The position numbers were made by a program, and so were the translations under genes. The notes beneath the pieces were generated by a model. It ran no database searches. It was not told the origin of the DNA and saw only the letters and a program-made list of their open reading frames with translations. From the NCBI RefSeq assembly GCF_009914755.1, contig NC_060926.1: a stretch of 64,000 nt of DNA. One strand, 5' to 3'. Source of the DNA: the human T2T-CHM13v2.0 reference genome, Homo sapiens. Shown here in pieces: positions 18,384 to 31,890 of the stretch. Within the stretch, counting starts at the first letter, position 1, and every line of letters begins with the position of its first letter.

Positions 18384-20989
18384 CTATACGTAATGTCTTC
18401 TCTCTCTGGCTGCTTTTAAGGTTTTCTCTTTATTACTGGCTTTAGGCAATTTGATCGTGATGTGCTTTCACATATTTTTCTAAATGATTTTTGTGCTTGG
18501 AGTTTGGGGATGTTCTTGGCTCATGGGTTAATAGAAAATGTTCCACATAGTGGTTTTTCACATATTTCCCACCCATCTTCCTCCAGGGGCTCCAGTTACA
18601 CCTTAGAGTTGCCACCTGGAGTTGCCTCATGGCTCTCTGATGCTTTGTTCTTTTATTGTTTTTAAGTTACGGGATGTAATAGCTACTTGGAAATCATTTG
18701 CTCCTGTTAGTTCTTGCTTTTAAGTTTTGTTAGGCAGCACCAGAATAGCCTTTGTAATTTTTACTGACTACAGAGAGGGACTTGCCCTTCTAATTATGCT
18801 CTGATGTTCTGTGTATTTCAAGATTTTTCCACTATGGTTGGTGGGAACTGGAACTATTCCCAGCTGGGTGTGGGCTCTTAGGCTCTTTTCCCTTGGGTAG
18901 TGTCCTTAGATGTGTGGGCTGAGACTCAAGTGGGACCCTCTGTGATCTCGCAAGCGCATTCTTTGCGCAGCTCTTTCCTCTCTGGTACTATGCCCTGCCA
19001 GCGTTAACTGCCTGGCTTCCCCAGACTCTCTTTGGGTTTCCTTTCTCCATCTGTGGTCTGCAAACTCCAGGCAGTGAGCAGTTGTAGCACTCACCTTATT
19101 TGTTTCCCTGCTCTCAGGGGTCCCTGCACTTCTTGTGGTCCACTGTGACAACTGTTGTTTCATACATTTTGTCCAGTTTTTTAGTTTAAGATGGGAAGGT
19201 GAGTCCAGTCCCTGTAACTTCATCTCGGCTGGAAGCAGGAATCTTATGTTAATAGTGAATTTTTAGCAGTGTTGACCAGGCTTTGATTGTATCTTTAGCC
19301 CTACTGTGTATGCAGTAAAGCACTTGGCCATTTTCTAATCTCTTCTATTGTTTAACCTAATGCCCCTCTAGATTGAGGTACCCTGGGAGAGGAATGATTT
19401 TCCATGCTACCTATGACCAATTAGAAATACAGATACATCAGACTACAACTTTTGAAGACGGGAAGCCCATAGTAGTTGCTAAGGAATGTCTTACTTAGAC
19501 CCAAGTTACAGACAGGAAAATCATTAGGAGAGAACATGCCTCTAGGTGTGTGCCTTACTTCAGCATTCTCCAGAGAACTGTGAATTTCTAAAGCATGTGA
19601 ACTTGAGAAATAGGCTTTGTCTTCTTAGGAAAATGTATCCTTTAGGGGGTGTTGAGAAAACAGCAGTGACAGGGGCCTCTGGCCTTGCCTCCTTGCAGTC
19701 AAGCTTCAAAGAGAAAACGTTGGGAAGAAAGACTCCTGCTGAGCCTGATGAAAGAGGAGTCCCAGTTGCCAACCAAAAACATGCAGCCAAAGTCCACAAG
19801 CTACAAGTAGAAAGGGTGGCTCAAGCCAGAGTCCCTGGATATGGAGGGCGAGTGATGGCTGCAGAAAGATGCAGGTTCTTCTCCCCCACTATGACTGGCC
19901 ATCACCTAGTGCAGGATGTACGGTGGCCCTGTCCCAGGGCTGTGCTGGCAGCCACCCTTCCCCACTAGCTGTGCTGCTCTCACATGGCACGGCCTCTGGC
20001 TGCCAGGCCTGTGCTCGGGCCTGCATTTCCCTTGTGCCCTTCTCTCCACCCAGCCCTCAGGACTGCCTGGGCTGCATTTTGTCCAGAATCCTTTGTCTCC
20101 TTACTTGCACTGCAGCTGAGGCGAGTGTCCCTTGTTCCGGGTGGCTCCTGTATTGTGGCGCTCATGTTATTGAGAGTCTTAGAGGTCACCCCCTAGATTC
20201 ACCAATTGAAGGGCAGGGCTTGTCGATCTAACAGTGTCTTGCACATAGGGACACAAATGTCTGTTAAATGAAGAAAGTAGGGATGCCAGGCCACCCAATG
20301 GGGTGTATCTCCTAGGGTTCAAGAACAAGGGCTAATCAAGTCAAGAGAATGTGTGCCCTCCCCCACCATCTCACCCCTCACTCTCAGAACACTTGGGGCC
20401 CCTGCACAGGTGGTAGGCATGCTGGCCCTGAGTGCCCTCCCAGCCTGTGTTAGAAGAACCAGTGGATGACCTCGCTGTCAGCTGTCTCCCCTTCTCTGAG
20501 CTTACTGCAGGTGGCAGCAGCCTCTCAGCCACAGACTGTTCCCTTTCCTAGGAGAAAACGATGGTCACTCAGCAATGCTGTGCGCTTGCAGCTTCCACCA
20601 CAAAAGAGACAGCTGTGGCCGCAGCACCAGGGTGGTGATTCTTCCCCCTCCAAGGGCAGTGGTGCATTCCTTAGCACAAGTATAAATTTACTGTTGCTAA
20701 GAGTTCTCGGAACAGGATAATACAAGAAGGAACCACTGCAAGTGAAATCCAGCCACCAGTAATGCCGAGAGGCCAGGCCTGTGCCTCCCAAAACCTGCTC
20801 CTCCGCAGGCTTCCCCGGCCCATCTCCAGAGCGCCCTCCTCTCACCACTTTACATAAACGAATGTACCCAAGATCCCCCATCAGTTTTCCATGCAGCTGC
20901 CAGAGTGCCACCAAAGCAAACCTCATCTCAAGACTCTGTGGCCAGGCCCTCACAACCTCCTGCCAGGCTCTCGCTACCTACCCATCAAC

Positions 20990-21127
20990 AGCAAGACTCC
21001 CAGGCCATCTCAATCCCCCCAAAGAGCCCTGTTCCTCCAGCCCCACGGCTTCTGTTCACCTGCCGTGCTGTCCCCGCCTCTGCCCACCCACTCATCCTGC
21101 AGATCTGGAGCAGCATTCCAGGGCCTG
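20990..21127 (+). other. RAMP1: Candidate alternative non-coding first exon of RAMP1 (start uncertain)
   Basis: Consensus donor CTG|GTAAGT at 21128 just upstream of the CpG island; RAMP1 5' variants recalled but not verifiable here. Confidence 0.45.
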
Positions 21128-21675
21128 GTAAGTGTGCGCCATTTTGGGTTACTACGGGTCTCGCCAGGCGCGGTGGCGAGTTTTGCCCCCCACGCTCCCC
21201 AGCGCCTGCACCTGGGCGGAGAGGTAGATAAGGCTGGGAGATCTTAGCCTTTTGCAAGGCAAACACCAGGCAGGAACGCCCAGAACCTCGGAGGAGGAGG
21301 AGGGGAAGATCCCCAGGTGGAGACCAAGGTGCCCCTCACGCTGAGTCGTCTAGGAGACCCTCCCTAGTTTAAAAAGTGTTTATTTGCTCGGAGAACATTT
21401 CAGGAGGCCTTCCTGGGACCCCAAGTGTGCCGCCCCCCGGGAGGGGCCTGGAGACGCCCGCGCGGCCCCCCTGCAAAGTTTTACCGGCCCTGGGCGCCCC
21501 CGGCCCTGGCACCCACGCGGGGAGCCGCAGTGGGCCGGGCCGCGCGGCCGCCGCCTCCCACCGCTCCCGCGCCCGCTCCCGCCCCCGGCGCGTCTCCTCC
21601 GGGCCCGCGCCGCGGCGGGCTCAGTCCTCAGCGGGGCGCGTGGCGAGCGGACTCGACTCGGCACCGCTGTGCACC

Positions 21676-21727
21676 ATGGCCCGGGCCCTGTGCCGCCTCC
21701 CGCGGCGCGGCCTCTGGCTGCTCCTGG
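21676..21727 (+). CDS. RAMP1: RAMP1 coding exon 1 (signal peptide of receptor activity-modifying protein 1)
   Basis: Kozak GCACCATGG; MARALCRLPRRGLWLLL+G; donor G|GTGAGT at 21728; phase 1. Confidence 0.98.
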
Positions 21728-21796
21728 GTGAGTAGGTCCAGGGGTCCCGGCCGAGCTCCCTTCCCCTGGCCAGCCGGTGTCCTCTAGGGGAGAGGA

Positions 21797-21836
21797 GGGG
21801 AGCGGGTGGGAGCGGGTGGGAGCGGGTGGGGGCGGG
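21797..21836 (+). repeat. (AGCGGGTGGG)x3 G-rich tandem repeat
   Basis: Direct inspection; eight runs of at least 3 G. Confidence 0.9.
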
Positions 21837-23525
21837 CGCCGCGGGCGCACAGATCCGCTGCCCTTGAACGCGGGCCGCCCCGGTTCCAGGCGGGAGGCCC
21901 CAGGGCACAGGGGAGGCGGAGGGCGCGGACCGGTGTTGCGCTTCTCGCCGGGGAAGGGACGGCTTTGGGGACGTCGGAGAGCGGGCATTCTGGAAAGCGT
22001 GGGGTGAGTCAGCCCTGCACACTGGAGAACTAGTTTTCAGAAGGAAAAACAGGACGCGGGGTTCCCCAGCCCCGCACCTCGTTTCTCAGGCTGTGCGCCG
22101 CGGTGACTGCCAGCGCAGGCTCCCTTCCCTAGGCCGTCCCGCGTTGCAAAACCTGCAGACGGGCACCTTGCAGAAGACGCAGTGTTCGGGAATCAGAACC
22201 ACAGCCGGTTTGTATGGAAATTAGTCAACACTGACAATCTGTCGCCTGCAGCAGTTGCTTGTTTGCAAATCACGTCTTTTGCAGAAATGAGGCCAGCCCT
22301 TTTCGGGACACTTCCATCGCTTTTTTTCTTTTTTCTTTTGGTTTGCTTGTTAACTTGGCACTTTTGGCTAATAGAAATTTAAAGAAGGACGGGTCCCTTG
22401 GTGAAGTGGTGGAACACGTTTGGCTTTCCACTTGGAGGGAGAAGTGGAGATTAGCGGCAGCCTCATGGCCACAGGAACTGGCCACACACTCGGCAAGAAA
22501 CGGTGCTGTTCACTTCCCTTGTCTGTAATGTGTTCCTAAAATGCTAACTCAAGCCCCTTCTAAACCGCTTTGGCTATTGCATTATTCCGTGTATTTAGCT
22601 ACCTTTTAACGGAAACTGTGAATAGGTTACTGGCGTGGGAGAACCCAGTGTCCCTGGGAAGGCCGGAGCAGTTGTTTCTGGTATGTGTGGCCTTTCCCCG
22701 GAAACAGTGATGTTGGTCAGAGGCACCTGCCGCACAAGACCTCTTTGGCGCTGGCACTGGGCAAGCAGGGACCACCGGCGCTGTTGTAGCTGGGGGAGTG
22801 GTTCGTGGCCCAGCGAGGAGAGGGGCCAGGGCTTCTTGGGAGCCATGGATTTCTGTTCCCTATTTGTAAACCTCTCCAAGGGGTGGCAGATCTGCATAGA
22901 ATCCTCAGAGGCCGATATAATATAATCTGAAAGCGGATCTTGCCACTTTAGAGTTTTGGCTGAAGTTACGTGGAAAGCAGAATCTCGCAGTAATTTTATT
23001 CTCTCCATTTGGCTTGACATGGCCTTCACTGTTTTCGTTTACTAAGAAACAAACATTTCTTTGTTAGCAAGGCAGAGAGCTGGGTTGTGGAATATTTTTT
23101 ACATAAATAACCAAATAAATAAACGTTCTTTACTAGTGTCCAGAGGCTGAACCCTCTAAAGCTTGTGTAAATAAAACACTATGTCACGATCACATATAAA
23201 GACCTTCCTTGTTTACCGAGAAAACTATTCATGTTCTGCCGAAAGTCCAAAGTCCTGTAATTTTAACGTTATTTTGAGTGGCCTGGCTAATGTTATCTCT
23301 TGGAAGAACAAACAAAACTTTATGAGGTTATCAGTAAATTAATGTCATTGGAGCCCAGCTGTAATTAGTAGAATTACTGAGCACAGGCTGTTTCCTTCCC
23401 AAGCTGTAGCACTAGCCAGGTCTCCTTGGTGATGAAGATTTTGCTACCAAGAATGGCAATGTGGAATTTTTTTAAGTACTCTAGTTTACAGGTTTAAGAA
23501 CTTATCTGTGACAATTTTACAATCA

Positions 23526-24036
<511 letters not shown>

Positions 24037-26560
24037 TCAGGGAATGCTGGCTGGTGCTGTCACACATGAACTCAGTCACCTGTCCTAGGAAACGCATGCC
24101 TTCCTTGGCTGTCACGTGGGAGCCAGGGGTTTTTTTAATGGCTGCAACATTAATTGAAATGTATGACTTTATATAAATACAAGTAGAATTGGAATGACAG
24201 GGACATCACAGGAAATGCTATGTGACTGCTTCAGATTGCCATGCGGTTTTAAATCTGGACACAGTTCTCATGCCAAAGTCCAAATCTGAAGGATTCTTAT
24301 TTGTTAATCAACTCAGTGTGTTTGTTTACCCTCTCTGTGTGTCTAGCTGCAGGAAGAAATTTCTGGATTTTTGTCTTCCTTCCACAGGCGCATGCCTGTC
24401 AGCGTGCTTATTACCAGTCCGAGGCCAGGGCTGTTGAGAAACATTTATATCCACAGTGCAAATGGTAGATTCAGCTCCGGGAAATGTTTTAGGTGGAATC
24501 TTTAGTTAAGGCTAGTTGGAAAAGTCTGTCCTGATTTTTTTCCCCAGAATGCGCCCATTTCATAGCTTCTAATCAGTTACAACTGGCGTCTGGCTGACTG
24601 TGTGATGCAGGTGCCATGTGTAGTGTGAATTCCAGCGGAAATGCTGAGCCCAGAGAGTGAAGCCCCTCGGGCTTGCCTGCCAGTGCCCCTGCCAGTGCCC
24701 CCACCCCCAACTCAGGCCTAGAACCCCTCTTTCCTGACGGTCTTTGTGGTATGGTGGGCTGGCCCTCAGTGGTCTCTGAGCCAGGCCTGGCCATCCAGAT
24801 GGTCCCAGGGAGGAGACTGGCCGCAGGCTGGACAGTCAGTGTTCTGCTGGAACCACGGGGAAAAGCTGCGTCTTTCCTCCAGGCTGGATCTGAGTGGGGC
24901 TGCCACAGTCTACCCTGTGAGCCATGGGGGAGTACCTGTCCATGACATAGAGCACTCCTGAAGCCTTTTGAGCCCCTAGATCGAGCTCATGGGGTACACA
25001 TTTCCATCATGTGACCCATAACGTTTGAGATGGGTGTCTGTCCCTTGCAGGGACGGCAGGCTCAGGGGGCTCCGAGAATGGCGTACCTGGGGGACTGTGG
25101 GAATCCTGCCCAAGAGCCTCCTCCTCCACTGGGGACCCAGGGAGGCCTCCTGAAAGAAGAGGTGCTGCAGCCAGGAAGACAGTGGGAGCTGGGAAGGGGA
25201 CAGGGGAGCCCGGGCTACAGTGGCCCTGGTGGCTCCAGCACTTGCTGGACCATGTGCCCACTGCCCCAGCCCACCAGTTTCTTGGTGGCAAATGAAGAGG
25301 CAGAGACGGTGCTGCCAGGGCACTGTTCAGTTCCCAGCCTGCCATACCCCCTGCCTACCTCTGACACATCCCACAGCAGACATATGAAGCCCTGGAGGGA
25401 TGTCCTTGTCCCCAGTCCTCTCTGCTCCAGAACAGGAGGACTCTCAGCTGGGTGATGTTCCTGGAGGACCTGTTTCTCCTTAGTGAGGAGGATGCGTCAA
25501 CACGGCCACCATAGGAGGGCTCCCAGCCCAAACAAAATCGTACTCACTTCACCGAATGATGTTATTCTGTTCAGGAAAAATATTTTTTTCCTAAGATGGT
25601 TTATTTCAGTAATTTCTGGGGCATCCGAAAGGCATCACTTTAACCATCTTTTAAATCACGGCTTCTGGGTGGCTTTGTTGGAGCAGGGTCCAGGGGGACA
25701 CACTAGCCAGATGTGGCAGGAGTGCAGGGCTATGGGCCTGAGTCACAGGCCCCCCGACTCTACGTTCTCAGCTCTCTCGGTGACTCCTCCCCGTGCTCCG
25801 AGAGTGCTTCACTCCCTCCCATGTGCAGTCACATGGTGGATTCTCTGGGACCGAGAACCAGAATCCCAAAACCCCAGGCCCCGGCTGTCCACTGTGCCCT
25901 CCGCCAGGGTCAGCACCACCTCCACCCCTCACGGGGACAACTGCCCAGCCTCCCAGAACCCCCACCCCACCCACCACCCCAGGGACAGGGGGTCTTCCTC
26001 TGTGCCCCCAGCAGACCCTCAGGGTACGTTAGTGTCACCCCCACACATGCCATGTTCAGGCCCCCAGGCCTTGGCTCCGGGGAAGCAGCTCCTGAATTAG
26101 CTGAGAGTTCTGGGAAACCACGGGGGCAGGAGGGGAGGCAGAGTGACCTGGCCCGTGGCCTGGGCCAGCTCACTCCAGGGGGTGGGGTACAGCTTGCCCA
26201 GGAAGCCCTGCCCCCTGTTCTCCCGGACCACGTATCCCCACACGAGTCTCAGGAAGGACTGTCTTGAGTCTGACACCACCTGGGAGGAGAAAAGTCAGTG
26301 ATTTGCCCAACCATGCGCGTGTTTGCTTCGTAAGGCCTGCCGCTGTCAGGTACCCTGGCCCCAGGCCGGGAGGGGAAGAAGCCTAGAAAGCATTGCCTCT
26401 TCAATGGACACTTGGTGACTGACACCCGGGGTGGCTCTCTCTGCAGGGATTTTCTTGCCTCTGGAGGAGACAGTTGTGAGAGGGAAGCGGGGGAGGTGGA
26501 TGGATGAGGGAATGCCGGGAAAGCGCTGCACCGTTTCTCCTGGAAACACCCATCTGCCAC

Positions 26561-26622
26561 CTCACACACGGGACACACAGGGTCAGGACTCTCACACACG
26601 TGGGACACCCAGGGTCAGGACT
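26561..26622. repeat. Imperfect 30/32-bp tandem duplication
   Basis: CTCACACACG(TG)GGACAC(A/C)CAGGGTCAGGACT twice. Confidence 0.9.
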
Positions 26623-27232
26623 CGGAGGGGGCAAAGGACAGGGGTGCAGAGCAGCCTGCTACAGTAGGGTGTCCTACACAACCCAGGGCAGCTCCCCCAG
26701 AGGATGATCCCACACCAAATGTCCATAGTGCCAGGGTGGGGCAGCCCTGCTGCATGTCAACCATGTAGACATGTGGTGCTACTTAAATGCAGCAGGAAAT
26801 AAACAGGAGACCACGGAGCACAGCCCTGAGGAGCAGCGGCAGCACAGTCCAGAGGGCAGAGGGCAAGGACGGTTGTGCAAAGGCCCTGCTTTGGAAGTTC
26901 CTGGAAGCCTTTTTGACTGAAGCATGGTGGGGAAGAGGGCTTTGAGCCGAAGCTGGTGCTGGAGGAAAGACCCATTCTCTAAGCATTCAGATCTCATTCC
27001 TAGGGCAGTGGGAAAACCTTGAAGGACATTAAAGGGGGTGACAGGACAGAAGGTGTGGTTTAAAGGAGCCCTCAGCTGTGGCCCCCAGCATGGGCAGGAG
27101 GCCAGGCAAGGATAGGAGTGGGAGGGTTCCAGGGAGTCCTGGAGGCGAAAGTGATGGACTCCAGTCCCTGGGCCTGGATGCAGGAAGTGAGGCAGCGCTG
27201 AGGAATGAAGAACAGCACCTGGCAGAGCTCCT

Positions 27233-27379
27233 GGGGGAGTAGGGAGGGCAGGGCAGGGGAGAAGAGAGGAGAGGAGGGGAGGGGAGAGCAGGGGAGAGGA
27301 GAGGAGGGGAGGGCAGGGGAGAAGAGAGGAGGGGAGGGGAGGGCAGGGGAGTAGAGAGGAGAGTGCAGGGGAGGGGAGA
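27233..27379. repeat. Polypurine (GA-rich) degenerate tandem repeat
   Basis: Units like GGGAGGGCAGGGGAGAAGAGAGGAG(A)GG repeated about 5 times. Confidence 0.9.
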
Positions 27380-28729
27380 TGACACCCCAGGCCACAGCCA
27401 GGGCTGCCAGGAAACATGGGAGCCCCAGGCAAACTGGAATTTCAGATAAACAAGAAGCATAAGCCTGTCTCATACAGTATCGGGAACGTGCCTCAAAAAC
27501 CACCGTTTCTCTGAGATGCAGATTTCGCAGGGCCTCCTGTCATTTGCTGCACCTGGCAGCCCCGTCCTCAGCAGCCACATGGGGTTCAGCGTTCCCCTTG
27601 GATTCTGAGGGGTGATGGTACGTAGACAGGAGTCTATGCAAATCAAGGGTTCAGAAAGAGGTATGGCCAAGAGAGGTGTTTCTGGCGGCAGCAGGGCCTG
27701 GCCTATGTCAAATCCTTGCTTGGAGGGGTGACCGGTGAGAGTGGGTAGAAACAGGCCCAGGCTCCTTGTGAGAGGCCAGAGAGGACGGCCAGGGAGGACA
27801 GAGAAGGAAACGGGCCCCAGGCACCACTGGGCACCTTGACATGATTGGTGGTGGAGGGAGGCAGATGGCAGGGTCCTTTGCAGGAGAGGCAGCGGCGAAA
27901 GCTGCCCTTAGGAGGCAGCGAGGAGGTGAAACCAGAGAGCATGCCTGTGTAGGTTTCCTCCAGTGCCTTATGGTTCTAAACACACAAACCTTTGATGCAT
28001 CTGGAATTTACCTTAATTTCCTAGCAATTTTTATCAATGGCTCAATATTTGGGGGATTTTCATGGTAATTGCACTGAATGTATTAACTGGTCAGGGAGGA
28101 TTACATCAAGACCACCGGCTCGAGAAACAGCAGTCTGTTCCTCCACCCCCACGTCTGCATCCAGGCCCTTCCACAGAGATCTCATTTCTCCTGCAGATGA
28201 CTCATTCAGTGTCTAGGAATCCGGTGCTCTGTGGCCACTACCGAGAGTGGGATATTTTCCCCCATTTTATTTTCTAGCTGGTCATCGCTGGGCTAAGAGG
28301 AAGCTCCTCTTCTGTGTGTTTCTTTTGTGACTGTTGTCACCCTGTGCCTGTTTTTTATTTTAGTTTTTTTGCTTCCTGCTTGGTTCTTCAGGCCAGTCAT
28401 AAGGTCACCCGTAACCTAGGGTGGTCCTACCACCTCTTAACAATTTTCCCTGTTTTGTTCTCCAGTCGTACTGTGTTGGAGAGTGACTCACTGCTGAGTA
28501 GGGGAGTGACAGCAGCTGCCTTCCTTTGCTGCTGGCGATGGCAATACAAGTGACCCTTGAACAACGCAGGGGTGGGGCGCCGAACCCCCACATGGTCAGA
28601 AATTCGAGTGTAGCTCTTGACTCCCCCAAAGCTTAACGACAGCCTACTATTGAGCAGAGGCCTTACTGATAACATTATCTGTGAGTTAACCCATATTTTG
28701 TATGTTACATGTATGTATACTGTATTCTT

Positions 28730-29028
28730 TTTTTTTTTCTTTTTTTGAGACTGAGTCTCCCTCTTTTGCCCAGGCTGTAGTACAGTGGTGCGATCTTGGC
28801 TCACCACAACCTCCAACTCCCGGGTTCAAGTGTTTCTCCTGCCTCAGCCTCCCCAGTAGCTCAGATTATAGGTGCCCGCTACCATGCCCGGCAAATTTTT
28901 GTATTTTTGGTAGAGACGGGGTTTCACTATCTTGGCCAGGCTGGTCTCAAACTCCCAACCTCAAGTGATCCATGCATCTTGGCTTCCCGAAGTGCTGGGA
29001 TTACAGGCGTGAGCCACTGTGCCCAGCC
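28730..29028 (-). mobile_element. AluS-type element with TSD TATACTGTATTCTT
   Basis: TSD at 28716-28729 and 29029-29042. Confidence 0.95.
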
Positions 29029-29087
29029 TATACTGTATTCTTATAATGAAGTAAGCTAGAGAAAAGAAAGTGTTATTAAGAAAATTA

Positions 29088-29241
29088 GACCCAGCATGGT
29101 ATCTCACGCCTGTAATCCTTGCATTTTGGGAGGCCAAGGTGGGAGGATCGCTTGAGTCCAGGGGGTGGAGGTTGCAATGAACCAAGATCACACCACTGCA
29201 ATCCAGCGTGGGCAATAGAGTGAGATCCCATCTCAAAAAAA
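29088..29241 (+). mobile_element. Alu monomer (FRAM/FAM-like or recombined)
   Basis: Single ~150-bp Alu arm with A tail. Confidence 0.8.
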
Positions 29242-29886
29242 CCCACAGAAAATATATATACTTTTCATTAAGTGTAAGTGGATCATCCTAAGGTCTTCAT
29301 GTTGAGGAGGCCAAGAAGGAGGAGCAAGAGGAGGGGTTGGTCTTGCTGTCTCAGTGGCGGCAGCGGCAGAAGAAAAGCTTCATGTAGGTGATCCACACAG
29401 TTCAGAGCCATGTGGTCAAGAGTTAACACCTTAAACCTTCTGTCTTTCTCCTTTGGGGCCAGATGCTTTTTTATTGCATTTTTGTGGGGGTGGGGGTGGG
29501 AGAGGGATGGAGAATGCATCTTCTTCCCGTGTGTAAAGTAAGCTTTTGTCCTGTGAAGGAAGAACCGTTCGATGTGACACAACAACCTGCCCAGCTGGAC
29601 ATTGTCTCAGTGCTGGCAGGCCGCTGGCACTGGCGAGGCTGTGACACAGGAGAAGTGGTCAGAGGCTGCGAACCTACCGTGTTTCTGGGATGAATGGAGC
29701 GTTTCCTCATTCCTGTGCAGCCTTTCGGCAGTCTCAGGTGTCTGTTGGCCACTGTTTGTTCTGAGTGTGGCTTCGTTCTTCCTGAGTGAGCTTGCTCTGT
29801 ACTTTACCTTGGGAGTTTTATTACCAGCATTGGGTTTTCTTCCCAAGATACAGGTTGTGGACCCTTATTCTTTCCCTGTGTGCTAG

Positions 29887-30534
<648 letters not shown>

Positions 30535-31254
30535 TAATCTGTGATTGGTCTCTTCCCCACTGATTCCCTCCCCCCACCAAAAAAAAAAAACAAAAAAAAA
30601 AACAGTTCCTGAGTTTACTTACTCTACACTTTTTCTTGAATGCCTAACGCATTTCTTTTTGTTCTTTGCTGGCGTGGGAATGAAACGTCATCGGTTCTCT
30701 GCTTGGCAGCTTGGCTGGATCCCCTGAGTTTGCCTCTGCCTTGTGCTCATGGTTGATATTTTCTGGATTCTCTGTATTTGTGGTTTCTGTTTCCTCTTTA
30801 GCACGTGAATTGTTTGGAAGCAAGTTTTTACAAATCTCAGGGGCTCCGGCTTTTTGGTTTCTCTCCCGATACTCATTGCTAGTTTTATTGCACTGTGGTC
30901 GGGGGCAGAGCGGGAACCACAACCATGACTTAGTGTGCATTGCGGGTTCTTTCTTGGTCTTACAAATTTTTCGTGTTGTAAATGGCCCGTAAGCCCGTGG
31001 GAGGAGTGTGGCGTTTTTATGTATCCATCCCGGTCATCATATTAAATTTAATACTTAGGGCCTCCGTATCCCTATTTTCATCTTCTCCATCCATGCGCAT
31101 TGTGTGAAAACCCTGCACTGCGTTTGTGATCCTGCCTGCTTTCCCTGGGCACGTGTTGCTGCGTGTTCACGCAGGGGAGAGGATGGGGAATTCCATATGT
31201 GACGCTGCCAGTCACAGCTGCATGGTGACTTCTTATAGCTCTGTCCCAGTCATT

Positions 31255-31890
31255 GCTTTTTTAATTTTAATTGCGGTAAAGTATACACCACATAAAATGT
31301 ACCATCTTACCTATTTTTAAGTGTACAGTTCTATGCCACTAAGCACACTCACGCTGCTGTACAACCATCGCCACTATCCATCCCTAGAAGTTTTTTCATT
31401 TTGCAAAACTGAAACTCTGTCCCAGTTAAACACTAACCCCCTGCTGATTTACCACCTCCCCCAGCCCCTGGGACCCACGATTCTACTTTCTGTCTCTGAC
31501 TACTCTAGGAACCTGTATTAGTGGAATCATACAGCATTTGTGACTGGCTCATTTCACTTAAGGTTCTTCCATGTCGTAGTGTGAATCAGAATTTCCTTCC
31601 TTTTGAAGGCCAAATAATATTCCACTGTTATGGATAGACCACACTGTGTTTATCCATTCATCCATGGACACGTGGGTTGCTTCCACTTCTGGCTGTTGTG
31701 AATCAGGCTGCTGTGAACATGGGTGTTCAGATATCTCTGTGAGACCCTGCTTCCAGTTCCTTTGGGCATATACCCAGGGCATATACCCCGGATCATTAGG
31801 TGGTTCTGTGTTTAATGTTTTGAGGAGCCGCCACAGCGTTTCCGCAGTGGCTGTGGCATCGTGCGTTCCCACCAGCAGTGCACAAGGCTC
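31255..31890 (-). mobile_element. L1MB-like 3' end
   Basis: TTTTAAGTGTACAGTTC, GCAAAACTGAAACTCTGT and CCTTCCTTTTGAAGGC motifs. Confidence 0.8.

Larger units (their letters stand above)
21380..22200 (+). promoter_or_regulatory. RAMP1: CpG island / TATA-less GC-box promoter of RAMP1
   Basis: Very high GC and CpG density with CCCGCCC/GGGCGG boxes, spanning exon 1. Confidence 0.9.
28547..29427. mobile_element. Tigger2a/MER28-like DNA transposon interrupted by two Alu-family insertions
   Basis: TIR-like ends TGACCCTTGAACAAC and GTGGTCAAGAGTTAAC; internal TTGACTCCCCCAAA and GAGGAGGGGTTGGTCTTGCTGTCTCAG. Confidence 0.8.

Noticed and set aside
21376-21675. Apparent N-terminal extension of RAMP1 (119-aa ORF from 21376)
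   Set aside because: It starts at GTG in promoter DNA; the real start is the Kozak ATG at 21676, and open frames are common in CpG islands.
26561-26622. Direct repeats as a possible CRISPR-like array
   Set aside because: Only two adjacent copies, no spacers, eukaryotic context.
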